Positions 1 to 8,640 of a DNA stretch of 35,812 nt are shown piece after piece. Within the stretch, counting starts at the first letter, position 1; each line of letters opens with the position of its first letter. Source of the DNA: a virus (lineage: Duplodnaviria; Caudoviricetes); the IMG/VR virus record IMGVR_UViG_3300049492_000068, positions 1 to 35,812 of that record; one strand, given 5' to 3'. The position numbers were made by a program, and so were the translations under genes. The notes under the pieces are model-generated. The model was not told the DNA's origin and searched no databases. It was given only the letters and a program-made list of their open reading frames with translations.

Positions 1-127
1 GCAAATGAGTCCGGCTGACAAGGGTGAGTTTTTAGGTTTTTTTTGAAAATAGAGTAAAGCCTATGAGTACAAAATTCCTTGATACCAAAGACTATGTTCC
101 AGGGCAGCTTCCACTTCGTAGGTCCAT
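1..127. repeat. 127-bp terminal direct repeat (assembly circularisation overlap)
   Basis: Bases 1-127 are identical to 35686-35812. The length equals a common assembler k-mer, implying a complete circular or circularly permuted genome of 35,685 bp. Confidence 0.95.
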
Positions 128-278
128 AACGCTAATGTTTGACCGGGTTTTCTCGGGCAAGTTTACTTTTACATTTTACCTCGGAGAAAAGTTAGTCTGC
201 ACGATGAACAAAGAGAACTTTGATCATAGGCAGGCGTCTTTTTTTGAAGGCATTGCCGATCCAAGCTACAATCGATGA
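63..278 (+). CDS. hypothetical protein (71 aa)
   Basis: ATG 16 nt after the stop of the small cytochrome gene across the junction, on the same strand. No recognised motif. Confidence 0.55.
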   Translation: MSTKFLDTKDYVPGQLPLRRSITLMFDRVFSGKFTFTFYLGEKLVCTMNKENFDHRQASFFEGIADPSYNR

Positions 279-388
279 GCGAGCAGCACTTTTCATAGAC
301 CTCCTTGAGAATGGGAAAGAGTGAGCAGAGGGCACGGCAAGTTTCTTGCAGTGTCCTTTTTTATTACAATCACATGCAAGGCGGAACA

Positions 389-709
389 ATGGAAAAAGAG
401 ATTCTATTGCAGCTGGAAAAGCTCAGTCCTATGACGCTTCTATTGATTGTAGTCATCTATGCAATCGCGAAGCTTCCACGGTACTCGCTCGACAAAATGA
501 AAATTGAGAGGGATGAGAAGGACAAAATCTTAGTCCATCTTAACGAACAGGTGGACAAGCTCACAGTCCAGCTTGATCAAATGAAAAAGGAGCTATTTGA
601 CTATCGCAAAAGGTTTTTCAAGCTTGAGGATGACTACGCACAATTGAAAAATGAATACGAAGAGTTAAAGGGGGAGCTGGAAAAACATGAGAAAGAAACT
701 AAGCGCTGA
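389..709 (+). CDS. membrane-anchored coiled-coil protein, putative holin or lysis accessory
   Basis: Likely start MEKEILL at 389 after AAGGCGG. One hydrophobic segment (MTLLLIVVIYAIA) then a heptad-rich tail. Overlaps the endolysin start. Confidence 0.55.
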   Translation: MEKEILLQLEKLSPMTLLLIVVIYAIAKLPRYSLDKMKIERDEKDKILVHLNEQVDKLTVQLDQMKKELFDYRKRFFKLEDDYAQLKNEYEELKGELEKHEKETKR

Positions 710-1058
710 TTTTTTCGAGGATGAGTTCTATTCCCCTGATACCCGCTCGGCAAAAATGGAACCTGAGTTTATCTACAAGCTGCAAAAGCTAAGGAACGTG
801 GTCGGGGTTCCCTTCACAATATCCTCAGGCTTCAGGTCTCAGGCTTACAATGCAATCAAGGGCGGCGCTGGTTCCAGTCTTCACCTTTTGGGCATGGCGG
901 CTGATATCGACCATACTGGGTGGACCGGCGAAATTCGCTTTAAGTTCGTCGCTGCAGCTTCAGCCTTGGGCTTTTCAATCGGAATTTATGACAGACACTT
1001 CCACGTCGATACCCGGCTGGGTCCGAAAGTCCTTTGGATCGGCAAAAGCAAAAACTAA
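687..1058 (+). CDS. endolysin, peptidase M15A (Peptidase_M15_3) family Zn peptidase
   Basis: Motifs ISSGFRS..YN..GGA..SLH..GMAADI and GIY..HFHVDTR. Confidence 0.9.
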   Translation: MRKKLSADFFEDEFYSPDTRSAKMEPEFIYKLQKLRNVVGVPFTISSGFRSQAYNAIKGGAGSSLHLLGMAADIDHTGWTGEIRFKFVAAASALGFSIGIYDRHFHVDTRLGPKVLWIGKSKN

Positions 1059-1174
1059 TGAATTTTTGGAGGATTGCTAACGGGCGTTATAACGGAAGGC
1101 ATCAGCCTATCCGTTAGTTTTTTCCGCAAAAAATCCATGTCCAAAACTGGAGTATCCGCTTTTTTCTTTTGCAT
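1055..1174 (-). CDS. small hypothetical protein (39 aa, MQKKKADTPVLDMDFLRKKLTDRLMPSVITPVSNPPKIH)
   Basis: Read manually; absent from the ORF track. GGGAAGG RBS 7 nt upstream. Fills the gap between the endolysin and YceI genes, with its stop overlapping the endolysin stop. Confidence 0.4.
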   Translation of the reverse strand: MQKKKADTPVLDMDFLRKKLTDRLMPSVITPVSNPPKIH

Positions 1175-1246
1175 TCTGACGCCTTCCCATGATCCAATGA
1201 GCAAACTTTCAAAAGTCTTTTCAAATTTAAATCGAGGTGTTGACTC

Positions 1247-1738
1247 ATGTTAAAGCACATTTTCAGTGGGATTGTCATTGCTGTTTTCTTGTGCAGCAGT
1301 CCGGCTATGTCAGCAGGAAAGTGCGAGTTCTATGCAAAGGCATCGATCGGCGTCCTTGAGTTTACTGGGACCGGATGTACGGTGGAAGGCAAGCCAAAGG
1401 TTGAAGGCGGGAAAGTCTCAGGGGAATTCACGGTTGACCTGGCTAAGCTTGACGCCGGGGTTCGCACCGATCACATGCGGGACAAGTATCTCGAGGTCGC
1501 AAAGTTCCCCAAGGCAGTCCTGAAGCTTGACCCTATGCCTGAAGCTGGCGGCGCGTTTACCGGCAAGCTTACCCTGCACGGAGTCGAAAAGCCGATCGCT
1601 GGAAAGGCTGAGAAGACGCCGACAGGATATGGTTTTAAATTTGACGTAAACTCTCCTGATTTTGGAATCGCAGAGGCAAGTTATAAGGGAATTACAATTG
1701 CAAAAACTATCGCTGTTTCTGGCTCTATTGATAACTGA
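1247..1738 (+). CDS. yceI: secreted YceI-family (polyisoprenoid/lipid-binding) protein
   Basis: Signal peptide. Motifs F.VDL..LDAG.RTDHMRDKYLEVAKFPKA, FTGKLTLHGVEK and DFGI. GAGGTG RBS. Confidence 0.88.
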   Translation: MLKHIFSGIVIAVFLCSSPAMSAGKCEFYAKASIGVLEFTGTGCTVEGKPKVEGGKVSGEFTVDLAKLDAGVRTDHMRDKYLEVAKFPKAVLKLDPMPEAGGAFTGKLTLHGVEKPIAGKAEKTPTGYGFKFDVNSPDFGIAEASYKGITIAKTIAVSGSIDN

Positions 1739-2735
1739 TATCGGTTTAAGTTATCCTCAAACTATCGTACACGGCTACCAGACATGCGTGACCTGCCATG
1801 CGTCCATTGACGGCGGGGACACGCTCAACAACTATGGGCGGGCAATGACCGAAGAGTTTATGGCCACGTTCGCCCGCGAAGGTGAAGCCAGAGAATTTTT
1901 CGGACTAGCCGAGTCAGATAACGTTGACCTGGGAATCGAGTATCGAAACCTGAGGTTCCAAGATGCAAAAACTGGCAAGTCTGATCAGTTCCCTATGTAT
2001 TCAGTTGGGCAACTTGTTCTTAGACATGCTGGCCTTAGCGTGCTTGGTAGTGTTGGATATTATGGACGTGACCGGGTGCGTGAGACGCGACAATGGTGGG
2101 TGAATTATAATGTCAGTTCTGATGCTCATCGCTTGGATATCAAGTACGGCTATTGGCTCCCTGTGGTTGGGATTGGCAGCAACAATCATGATCTTGCGAT
2201 CAAAAAAGGCCAGGGGTTCGGACGCGGTCAAGAAAGATTCGTCTCTCAAATAGCCTACAGCAATCGCTGGTTCGAAGCCAAAGCCATGCTTGCCCGGTCT
2301 GATATCAGAATCGAAAAGGGTGAGGATAACTTTCCCAAGAATTCATCGGAATCACCTGAAGAGATTTTAGGCCAGTTTCTTTTTCGCCGCATTGAAGGCC
2401 TTGAAGTTGGACTGCACGGAAGGCAAACCGATGGGGTCAATACCCTTCAGGGCTTTTCCACGCGCATAGCAAAAAAGAAAGCCTACATCTTTTTGCAGCA
2501 AGACTTGGACCCAAAGAAACAAATCAGGACAAGCTACGGGCGATTGGGCTGGTTCATCATTCGGGGACTTGATCTTCACTATGAAGTGGACCGCTTCGAA
2601 TCGAAGTCTCAGGCAATCGATAGGCGCGCCTTTGGGTTTAATTGGATGGTAAGGCCACGCTTGGAATATGAAGGGGGGTACAGCCAATGGTTAGGGGAAT
2701 CGGCCTATCAAACGAGCCTGAAACTTTGGATGTAA
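1698..2735 (+). CDS. monohaem cytochrome c / outer-membrane beta-barrel fusion (Cyc2-like architecture)
   Basis: Probable TTG start at 1698 after AAGGGA. Signal peptide, then YPQTIVHGYQT-CVTCH (1785-1799)-..GG..LNNYGR. The rest alternates hydrophobic/polar and is aromatic-rich, ending in a beta-signal-like LKLWM. Confidence 0.7.
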   Translation: MQKLSLFLALLITDIGLSYPQTIVHGYQTCVTCHASIDGGDTLNNYGRAMTEEFMATFAREGEAREFFGLAESDNVDLGIEYRNLRFQDAKTGKSDQFPMYSVGQLVLRHAGLSVLGSVGYYGRDRVRETRQWWVNYNVSSDAHRLDIKYGYWLPVVGIGSNNHDLAIKKGQGFGRGQERFVSQIAYSNRWFEAKAMLARSDIRIEKGEDNFPKNSSESPEEILGQFLFRRIEGLEVGLHGRQTDGVNTLQGFSTRIAKKKAYIFLQQDLDPKKQIRTSYGRLGWFIIRGLDLHYEVDRFESKSQAIDRRAFGFNWMVRPRLEYEGGYSQWLGESAYQTSLKLWM

Positions 2736-3055
2736 AAGAATTTGTTTCAGAGAAGTTCCTCCAAAATCAGCTGATTGATCATTTGAACCGGGAAACCGAT
2801 GGTCTGTTTTGGCAAAATGATTCCATTGGGATCAAGGGAAGGAAGCGGCAAAACCAGTATCGGCCTAACGGCGTGCCTGATATTCTGGGAATCCTTGACG
2901 GTCAAGCGATTGGGATTGAAGTGAAAGCGCCCAAGGGCAAAATGCTTCAGTCCCAACTTGATTTTTCAAGTCGAATGAAACAGGCGGGCGGTCTGTATTT
3001 TGTTGTGCGGAGTATGCAGGATTTAACTGAAATAATGAAAATTCAAGGTTGGTAG
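2687..3055 (+). CDS. VRR-NUC domain nuclease / Holliday junction resolvase-like
   Basis: PD-(D/E)xK motif GVPDILG..DG..IGIEVK.PKGK...Q, followed by AGG.YFVVRS. Confidence 0.88.
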   Translation: MVRGIGLSNEPETLDVKEFVSEKFLQNQLIDHLNRETDGLFWQNDSIGIKGRKRQNQYRPNGVPDILGILDGQAIGIEVKAPKGKMLQSQLDFSSRMKQAGGLYFVVRSMQDLTEIMKIQGW

Positions 3056-3058
3056 TCT

Positions 3059-3301
3059 TTACGGTACATTTTGACTTAACTCCTGTTCATCCTGGCTTGC
3101 CTTCGCACGCCGGGATATTTCCCTCTGCACTTGATCAGCTGACAAGGCCATGACTGCAGCGCGGTTTGGTTTTTCTTTCCCAGTCAGCTGATGAGACGCG
3201 ACGACAACTGTCTTTAGTCTGCCTCTGGCAATCCAGGTCCTCACTTGCCTTTCGCTGACTCCAATCATTCGCGCGGCGTCATTGATTCCATAGTATTCCA
3301 T
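3059..3301 (-). CDS. HTH_17 / excisionase-like DNA-binding protein
   Basis: INDAARMIGVSERQVRTWIARGRL helix-turn-helix. Confidence 0.75.
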   Translation of the reverse strand: MEYYGINDAARMIGVSERQVRTWIARGRLKTVVVASHQLTGKEKPNRAAVMALSADQVQREISRRAKASQDEQELSQNVP

Positions 3302-3303
3302 TC

Positions 3304-3546
3304 TCACTTGTCCTTAAAAATTTCGCACCGATCAGCGGGCGTTATCATAAAACCTTCATCACTTCGGATCGGCTCAAGATAAGGGAAAATTTGATTCCCG
3401 ACTTCTATATATTTGAGATAGCCAACAACCGTTTTGCTTTCTCCGTGAAGTCTCACGGAAAGCTTTGTCCCTGGCTGAATCTCAGCGGCTAGCCTGACTT
3501 CTGTCTTGGTTTTTTGGAACCAAAATACGGCGCAATCCATGTTCAT
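3304..3546 (-). CDS. hypothetical protein
   Basis: Tightly packed in the leftward early operon. Confidence 0.5.
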   Translation of the reverse strand: MNMDCAVFWFQKTKTEVRLAAEIQPGTKLSVRLHGESKTVVGYLKYIEVGNQIFPYLEPIRSDEGFMITPADRCEIFKDK

Positions 3547-3703
3547 CAGCCCGCCTTTTAAGTCCGAGTTTGACTTTGCATCGTGCGATCATTTGCGACA
3601 CCACTCTTACATTGTAGCTGAGCAAGCGGAACCGTGCGACAATCGCTTGATCAGATTCCCCGCGTAAGATCATGGCCGAGACTGTTTCAACTGTCAGCCT
3701 CAC
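3482..3703 (-). CDS. hypothetical protein
   Basis: GTGA start/stop overlap with the upstream gene at 3700-3703. Confidence 0.5.
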   Translation of the reverse strand: MRLTVETVSAMILRGESDQAIVARFRLLSYNVRVVSQMIARCKVKLGLKRRADEHGLRRILVPKNQDRSQASR

Positions 3704-4038
3704 TGCAGACCATCCTTGGGCTTTTTACGGTTGAGGACTGGACCAACTTGGGCCTCGTGCAGAGGGATATTAAAGCAGACTGTCTCTGCTAAGTTTTCAA
3801 TGATATCTGTCAGGTCAAGCTGATGAGCCTTGCTGAATTCCATGAGGAGCATGGCAAAGACGGCTGTCACCCTTTCGCTAGTCAGAAGTGAATAGTCAAG
3901 TTCTGGAAGCTTTCCGAGTTTGTTTGCAGCAACAATCGCTTCGGTCGATATGCCCGATGCAATGACCCCAATGTTATAAAAGATACCGGCAATAGCTTGC
4001 GGGTCGACTTCCAAAATATCAGGGTGCTTGTCTGTCAT
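3700..4038 (-). CDS. hypothetical protein
   Basis: Start MTDKHP at 4038 with a GAGG RBS. Confidence 0.65.
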   Translation of the reverse strand: MTDKHPDILEVDPQAIAGIFYNIGVIASGISTEAIVAANKLGKLPELDYSLLTSERVTAVFAMLLMEFSKAHQLDLTDIIENLAETVCFNIPLHEAQVGPVLNRKKPKDGLQ

Positions 4039-4093
4039 CGATGCCTCATTGTTTTCTGTTTTCTTTATTTTGCACAGTAAAACGAAAAAGGCA

Positions 4094-4846
4094 TTAACTC
4101 TTTTTCTGCAAAGGACCGAGGAGCATGAACAGGGCGTCAACTGCTTCTTTGAGTTGGTCAAGGTTCCATGTTTTAATTTTTGGGATATCCTCTTCTGCTA
4201 TCATAAGAGCCGAAGCCACGCTTGCTCGCCCATGAATTTGGATATAATTCGAAATATCAATCACATAATCCCTCAAAGTTTTTACTATTGCTGCAGGTAT
4301 TATTTCTTCGGCTACAATAATTTCCCCTGACTCAGTAACTTCCACAGCATGTCCAAGTTCTTCCGGGGTATAGCTGATTCCAGATAGAGCATCTGGGAAC
4401 ATCGACCGAGCCATCTCGCTGACAACGCGGCTTCGAAGCATAGCGCGAGTATATTTTTTCCAATTGTCTTTGCCCATCAATTGGGCCTTCGTCGCGTCTT
4501 CGCGTGTGAAAGAAAACTCAAAACTCCCGGTCGCTGGCCGAGACGCCCTAATCCTACAGGCCTCGCCTGATACTTCCAAAAATTCTATCTTAGCATTCGG
4601 CACATTTTTGAGGATCATAGTCATCATGAGTTCCGCACTCATCGTCGGCTTGCCTTCGACGATATGAATATGTGAAAAAGCGTGCATCGGTTGAATGCCG
4701 ATTTCCCGGCCTTTGATCATGATTGCAATCGCCGCTTCAGGTGTTCTAATTGACTTAGGGATCATGCCCGATGAAACCAGTATAGCAGCTTGCTCTTTAA
4801 TCATTTTCCATTCATTCACAGGCGTTATTAAAGTTAAATCATTCAT
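4094..4846 (-). CDS. RecT/Red-beta-like single-strand annealing recombinase
   Basis: Motifs GREIGIQPM...IHIVEGKP.MSAELM and NWKKY.RAML..R..SEMAR..FPDAL.G.SYTPEE. Confidence 0.85.
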   Translation of the reverse strand: MNDLTLITPVNEWKMIKEQAAILVSSGMIPKSIRTPEAAIAIMIKGREIGIQPMHAFSHIHIVEGKPTMSAELMMTMILKNVPNAKIEFLEVSGEACRIRASRPATGSFEFSFTREDATKAQLMGKDNWKKYTRAMLRSRVVSEMARSMFPDALSGISYTPEELGHAVEVTESGEIIVAEEIIPAAIVKTLRDYVIDISNYIQIHGRASVASALMIAEEDIPKIKTWNLDQLKEAVDALFMLLGPLQKKS

Positions 4847-5370
4847 TTTATATTTTCTTTCAATACTGAAAATTTGGGGAACGTGTTGACTCGCAGTTCG
4901 GCGACCTCTGACACTTGGGCGTTTCCTTCACTCAAAGCTTTTTGGATTGCGGACTTGTCCCATGAATAGTCGGTGCGAACAAAATCGGAATATTGCATAG
5001 CCTTGTAAATATCGGGATCGCCTTGCTTCAGATGCACAGCGCCCTTGCTCTTTTGCATGGTGACCGCGTAGAGGTTCCCTGTGAACTTCTCAAAGCCATT
5101 GGAGGTCATCGCAAAGACAAGGTGCTCTTTGATGCTTTTGATATTGGACTGAATTGTTTTCTTTGCGGTCGCGTATTCTTTTTCGCGTGCAGCGAGATAG
5201 GATTCTTGTGCTTCAAGCTTGTCGATCAAATACTTGTAGCTGTCAACCTTGACCTTCGCGCCGTCCATGAAATCAATTTGCTTTTCCAAATCGATTTCAA
5301 GCATGGCATCGTCGCAAGCCTGAAGCTTCAACAATAGGCTGTATAAGGATTCCGGCTTTTCAGATTCCAT
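4843..5370 (-). CDS. Siphovirus Gp157-family protein
   Basis: Coiled N-terminus (KVDSY..LI..LE), then K..L..AM...G..KF.G and ..DKSAI.KAL..G..V..AEL. GAGGAG RBS. Adjacent to the recombinase. Confidence 0.8.
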   Translation of the reverse strand: MESEKPESLYSLLLKLQACDDAMLEIDLEKQIDFMDGAKVKVDSYKYLIDKLEAQESYLAAREKEYATAKKTIQSNIKSIKEHLVFAMTSNGFEKFTGNLYAVTMQKSKGAVHLKQGDPDIYKAMQYSDFVRTDYSWDKSAIQKALSEGNAQVSEVAELRVNTFPKFSVLKENIK

Positions 5371-5395
5371 AGTTTCTCCTCGATATTGAAGAGGA

Positions 5396-5424
5396 AATAT
5401 AATCCAAAAAGCCGGGAAATTCAA
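5396..5424 (-). promoter_or_regulatory. sigma70-type promoter for the gp157-recT operon
   Basis: TTGAAT (5424-5419), 17 bp spacer, TATATT (5401-5396). Confidence 0.55.
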
Positions 5425-5437
5425 TTACAGTATGGGT

Positions 5438-6238
5438 TTAGTCGAGATCGAGAGTGATTGTGGTTCTCTCACTGTCAGTCATTCCAGCTGTAACCCGATC
5501 TTTAGTGTCAAGGATATCGCGGAATTTGACCGTTGCCAGTCCACCGCCTAGGTCGACAATGTCAGTTTTGCCAGCCGCAACAGCGACAAGAAGGCGTAGC
5601 AGTTCGGATGAAGTGTATCCAGATTCTATGATCTGGGACCAAACAGCATTGGCCAGGCCCTCTGGTGATAATGGAGTCGGACCGCCGGAAGCGGCTTCCA
5701 TAAACGCCTCAGCTGTCATCGTCCCGCTTGGCACAAGAATCATTGTACCGTTTGCCAAAATCCCAAATATCCCGCCGAGAATAGCGGAGTTGACGGTTAT
5801 GTTCATCGACCCGTTAGCGACGACGTCGACAGCGGATGAAAGAACTGCAGAGTCAACGGCAAGAACAAGCGACCCAGATGCAATCAGCTGAACAAGCAAA
5901 TCAAGGTTGGCCGTAGTCGCTGTCAACACCATGGACCCGCTGGCGTCGGCAGGAATAGCCAGCGTCAAGACGATAACCCCTTGAGCCATGGTCGCGCTTG
6001 ATTCGGTGTAGCTACTAATTGACCCAGAAGACTGAGGCAGGACGAAAGAGCTCGGTCCTAGATGCCCGTTGGCATATCCACCGAAAATTTTTGAAAGCCC
6101 ATCGGTCCCACCGGCAAAACGATTTCGAAAACCGCCCTTAACGACATTTCCGCTTTGACCGCTGACGGAACCGGTGAACTTACCCGGATTCGAAAACTGT
6201 GCCCTGCCTTGTCTTACTAGCATATGATTTAGCTCCAT
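5438..6238 (-). CDS. putative virion structural / fibre-associated protein
   Basis: Gly/Ser/Ala-rich repetitive beta segments. C-terminal LANAVW...ELLRLL.AVAAGKT..FRD..DTKDRV pattern of the kind seen in phage structural proteins. Confidence 0.55.
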   Translation of the reverse strand: MELNHMLVRQGRAQFSNPGKFTGSVSGQSGNVVKGGFRNRFAGGTDGLSKIFGGYANGHLGPSSFVLPQSSGSISSYTESSATMAQGVIVLTLAIPADASGSMVLTATTANLDLLVQLIASGSLVLAVDSAVLSSAVDVVANGSMNITVNSAILGGIFGILANGTMILVPSGTMTAEAFMEAASGGPTPLSPEGLANAVWSQIIESGYTSSELLRLLVAVAAGKTDIVDLGGGLATVKFRDILDTKDRVTAGMTDSERTTITLDLD

Positions 6239-7110
6239 CCCAATTCGATTGAACCACTAAAGTTTGTGTTCGCACCGGTAGCAGCGCCTGTAAAATAAAT
6301 CCAAGTCAGACATGCACCATCGACGATCTGAGGTAGGGACGGGATTTGGTTCAAAAAATCGCGCTCACTTGCGACAGTTGCTGTGACTAGAGGAATAGTC
6401 AAAAGTGGTTTGCACAATATGAGGGCGGCTGTACCAGCGCCAGACGCAGCTGAGAGGGTGATAGATTCAACCGATCTGATTCCGTAGTCTCCATTTGCCA
6501 ATGGCAAGAACGGACCATAGTTATTTGCAGCGGTTCCACTGTGTGTAATATGCGGAGTAATAGCCGAAGCAGTGCATGATACTGTGACAGGAAGCGTATT
6601 GCCTGCCGTTCCACCTTGATCAGTATAGGAAATATTAACGTTATGAGCCGTTGCACCCGATGTTGTGACGATAGATAGAAAAGCCCTAATGCCTTCGCCG
6701 TTTGCGTATCGTAAAGAAGGAGTTCCCGTTAAAGTTTGCGCGGTTCCTATATTCATATTTATGCCGGGATAATATCCCTGCATATCGATCAGCATGAGTT
6801 GTGAAGGCACGCCAGTTGCTGCGGTTGTTATCGCCGAACCATTAAGCACATGCTTGGTTTCAGTCGAAACATTGCCTCCGTGCCTCAATCCGAAAATTTG
6901 TGTTCCGTTGCCGGTCGATTCATCGCACGGTGTCCATGCCAATGCAGTTCCCGCATATGCATTCGCGATCGGATTGCCTGAAAGAGAACTAAAATCGTAC
7001 CATCGGCCCGCAACATATGCAGCCGCTCCGGTGATTTTGTTCCAATCATTTCGATGAAATTTTCCTGACGTAATTGAACTAACTAAGTCATCAATTGATG
7101 TAAAGCCCAT
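6229..7110 (-). CDS. putative virion structural protein (paralogue A)
   Basis: Thr/Gly/Ala-rich. Shares MGF.S, LRYA.GEG, YT..G, PFLPLA.GD.G.RS, KPL and GACL with the neighbouring gene. Confidence 0.6.
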   Translation of the reverse strand: MGFTSIDDLVSSITSGKFHRNDWNKITGAAAYVAGRWYDFSSLSGNPIANAYAGTALAWTPCDESTGNGTQIFGLRHGGNVSTETKHVLNGSAITTAATGVPSQLMLIDMQGYYPGINMNIGTAQTLTGTPSLRYANGEGIRAFLSIVTTSGATAHNVNISYTDQGGTAGNTLPVTVSCTASAITPHITHSGTAANNYGPFLPLANGDYGIRSVESITLSAASGAGTAALILCKPLLTIPLVTATVASERDFLNQIPSLPQIVDGACLTWIYFTGAATGANTNFSGSIELGWS

Positions 7111-7123
7111 GGAATTTTTCCCT

Positions 7124-7984
7124 TTAAGAATTTACGAAAAGCAATTCGCTCACATAGTTTCCCGCGACCGACCCGCCTCGCTGCACGAGAAAATTCAGAC
7201 AAGCACCAGGCATTATTTCGGGAGGATTTTGACCGAAAATACCAAACTGTTTTTCAGTCGCAACGTTTGATTCCATGATGGCAATCTCAGCGAGTGGCTT
7301 TACAAGTGCAGCGAGAATAAACCCCCCTGAACCACCACTCATTTGTGCTGATTCAATCGACCTTACGCCTTTATCACCCAAAGCTAGAGGAAAGAAAGGA
7401 GTAGCCTCGGACGCTCCCCCCAATGGACCTGAACCACTTGCACAGACGCCTATATTGGATGCGAGGATTAGATTGAAGGTCGATGATCGACCGCTAACGC
7501 CGTCGCTATTTGTATAGGTAATTGTGATCGGTGCACTTGTCGATAGAGGCGATTGGACTATGAGTACAATTTGAACACCTTCACCCGTCGCATAACGTGG
7601 CAAGGAGACTGAATTGTCCATAGTTTGGGGGTCCAGGGTATCGGTATCAATCAGAGGATAGAAGAGCAAATAATCCAAAAGGTGGACATAGTCGGGTGGA
7701 CCGTTAGCTACCACTTGTTGAAGTATTTGCCAGCGTAAAAGATGTTTGGATCGTCCAGAGACAAAACTACCTGCGAAAATTCCTAGATTTCCTGTCCCTT
7801 CGAGTGGTGTCGCCGAAAGTGCACTTCCAGGAAAAGGGTTATATTTTGGAATCCCTGACGATTGATTCAAATCGACACAGAATCCTGTAGTTCCAGGATT
7901 CGGAGTCGTTGGTTTATAAACATATTGCCAGTGGGTGTCCTGTGCAGCTTGTCTTCCGATAGCTGCAAAGCTTTGAAAGCCCAT
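7124..7984 (-). CDS. putative virion structural protein (paralogue B)
   Basis: Paralogue of 6229-7110: LPRYATGEGV, YTNSDG, PFFPLALGDKGVRSIES, VKPL, PGACL. Confidence 0.6.
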   Translation of the reverse strand: MGFQSFAAIGRQAAQDTHWQYVYKPTTPNPGTTGFCVDLNQSSGIPKYNPFPGSALSATPLEGTGNLGIFAGSFVSGRSKHLLRWQILQQVVANGPPDYVHLLDYLLFYPLIDTDTLDPQTMDNSVSLPRYATGEGVQIVLIVQSPLSTSAPITITYTNSDGVSGRSSTFNLILASNIGVCASGSGPLGGASEATPFFPLALGDKGVRSIESAQMSGGSGGFILAALVKPLAEIAIMESNVATEKQFGIFGQNPPEIMPGACLNFLVQRGGSVAGNYVSELLFVNS

Positions 7985-7993
7985 GACTCAACC

Positions 7994-8404
7994 TCAATCG
8001 AGAGTGAAGGACAGAGCGCCACTAGCGAACTGCGGCTGTACGCCCGTTGATACTGTGATACTCGACGAAAGTGCAGCACGAACTATGATCGTACCAGCGC
8101 CGCTGGCAGTCGTTACGATTGCGGCGTAAGTGATAACATTTGAACCGGATGAACAAACGGCAAATTGCTCAAGGTTGGCATTGCTCAAAAGGTTTGCAGC
8201 AACAGTAAAATCAGACGCGCGGGTCAAGGTCGCACGAGCATAACCGCCGTAGGTCGCCTCATTTGTTATCGCGGTTCCAGCTTCGCCGGGGTCCGCTGTG
8301 TAGAGTGCAATCCATAGATCGGTGTTAGCAGCCCATGGCAAAGCGGTTCCAACAAAAACTTGATTCAAGACAGCTGTTTCAGCGGTATCTCCAAAGGACA
8401 TCAC
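7994..8404 (-). CDS. small phage tail-fibre-associated protein
   Basis: Widespread phage motif L.IALYTADPGEAG....EATYGGYAR and C-terminal F.SGAL.F.LD. AGGAG RBS. Confidence 0.7.
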   Translation of the reverse strand: MMSFGDTAETAVLNQVFVGTALPWAANTDLWIALYTADPGEAGTAITNEATYGGYARATLTRASDFTVAANLLSNANLEQFAVCSSGSNVITYAAIVTTASGAGTIIVRAALSSSITVSTGVQPQFASGALSFTLD

Positions 8405-8424
8405 TCTCTCCTAAATAAAAAAAA

Positions 8425-8640
8425 TCAGTTCCAACCACTTGGAAAATAAGAATTACCTGATCCCCCACCGCTCGGACCGGGAAGGCCTCTAGCAGTGAGT
8501 TGAATGATAGACGGTTCGATCCCGATTCGCCTTATTTCTATTTTCGCGGTGCCGACAACGGGTGAATGATTAATGACGGTGATGACCGATATCGACTCCA
8601 CCCCTCCAGCAACGTCAATTCTGCTTATTTCAATTTTCAT
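8425..8640 (-). CDS. small hypothetical structural protein
   Basis: ATGA-coupled to the upstream gene. Ends RGLPGPSGGGSGNSYFPSGWN. Confidence 0.55.
   Translation of the reverse strand: MKIEISRIDVAGGVESISVITVINHSPVVGTAKIEIRRIGIEPSIIQLTARGLPGPSGGGSGNSYFPSGWN

Noticed and set aside
3059-3301. Excisionase-like genes (also 11647-11844) as evidence of an integrating prophage
   Set aside because: No tyrosine or serine integrase, att site or convincing dif-like site was found; HTH_17 proteins are often plain regulators.
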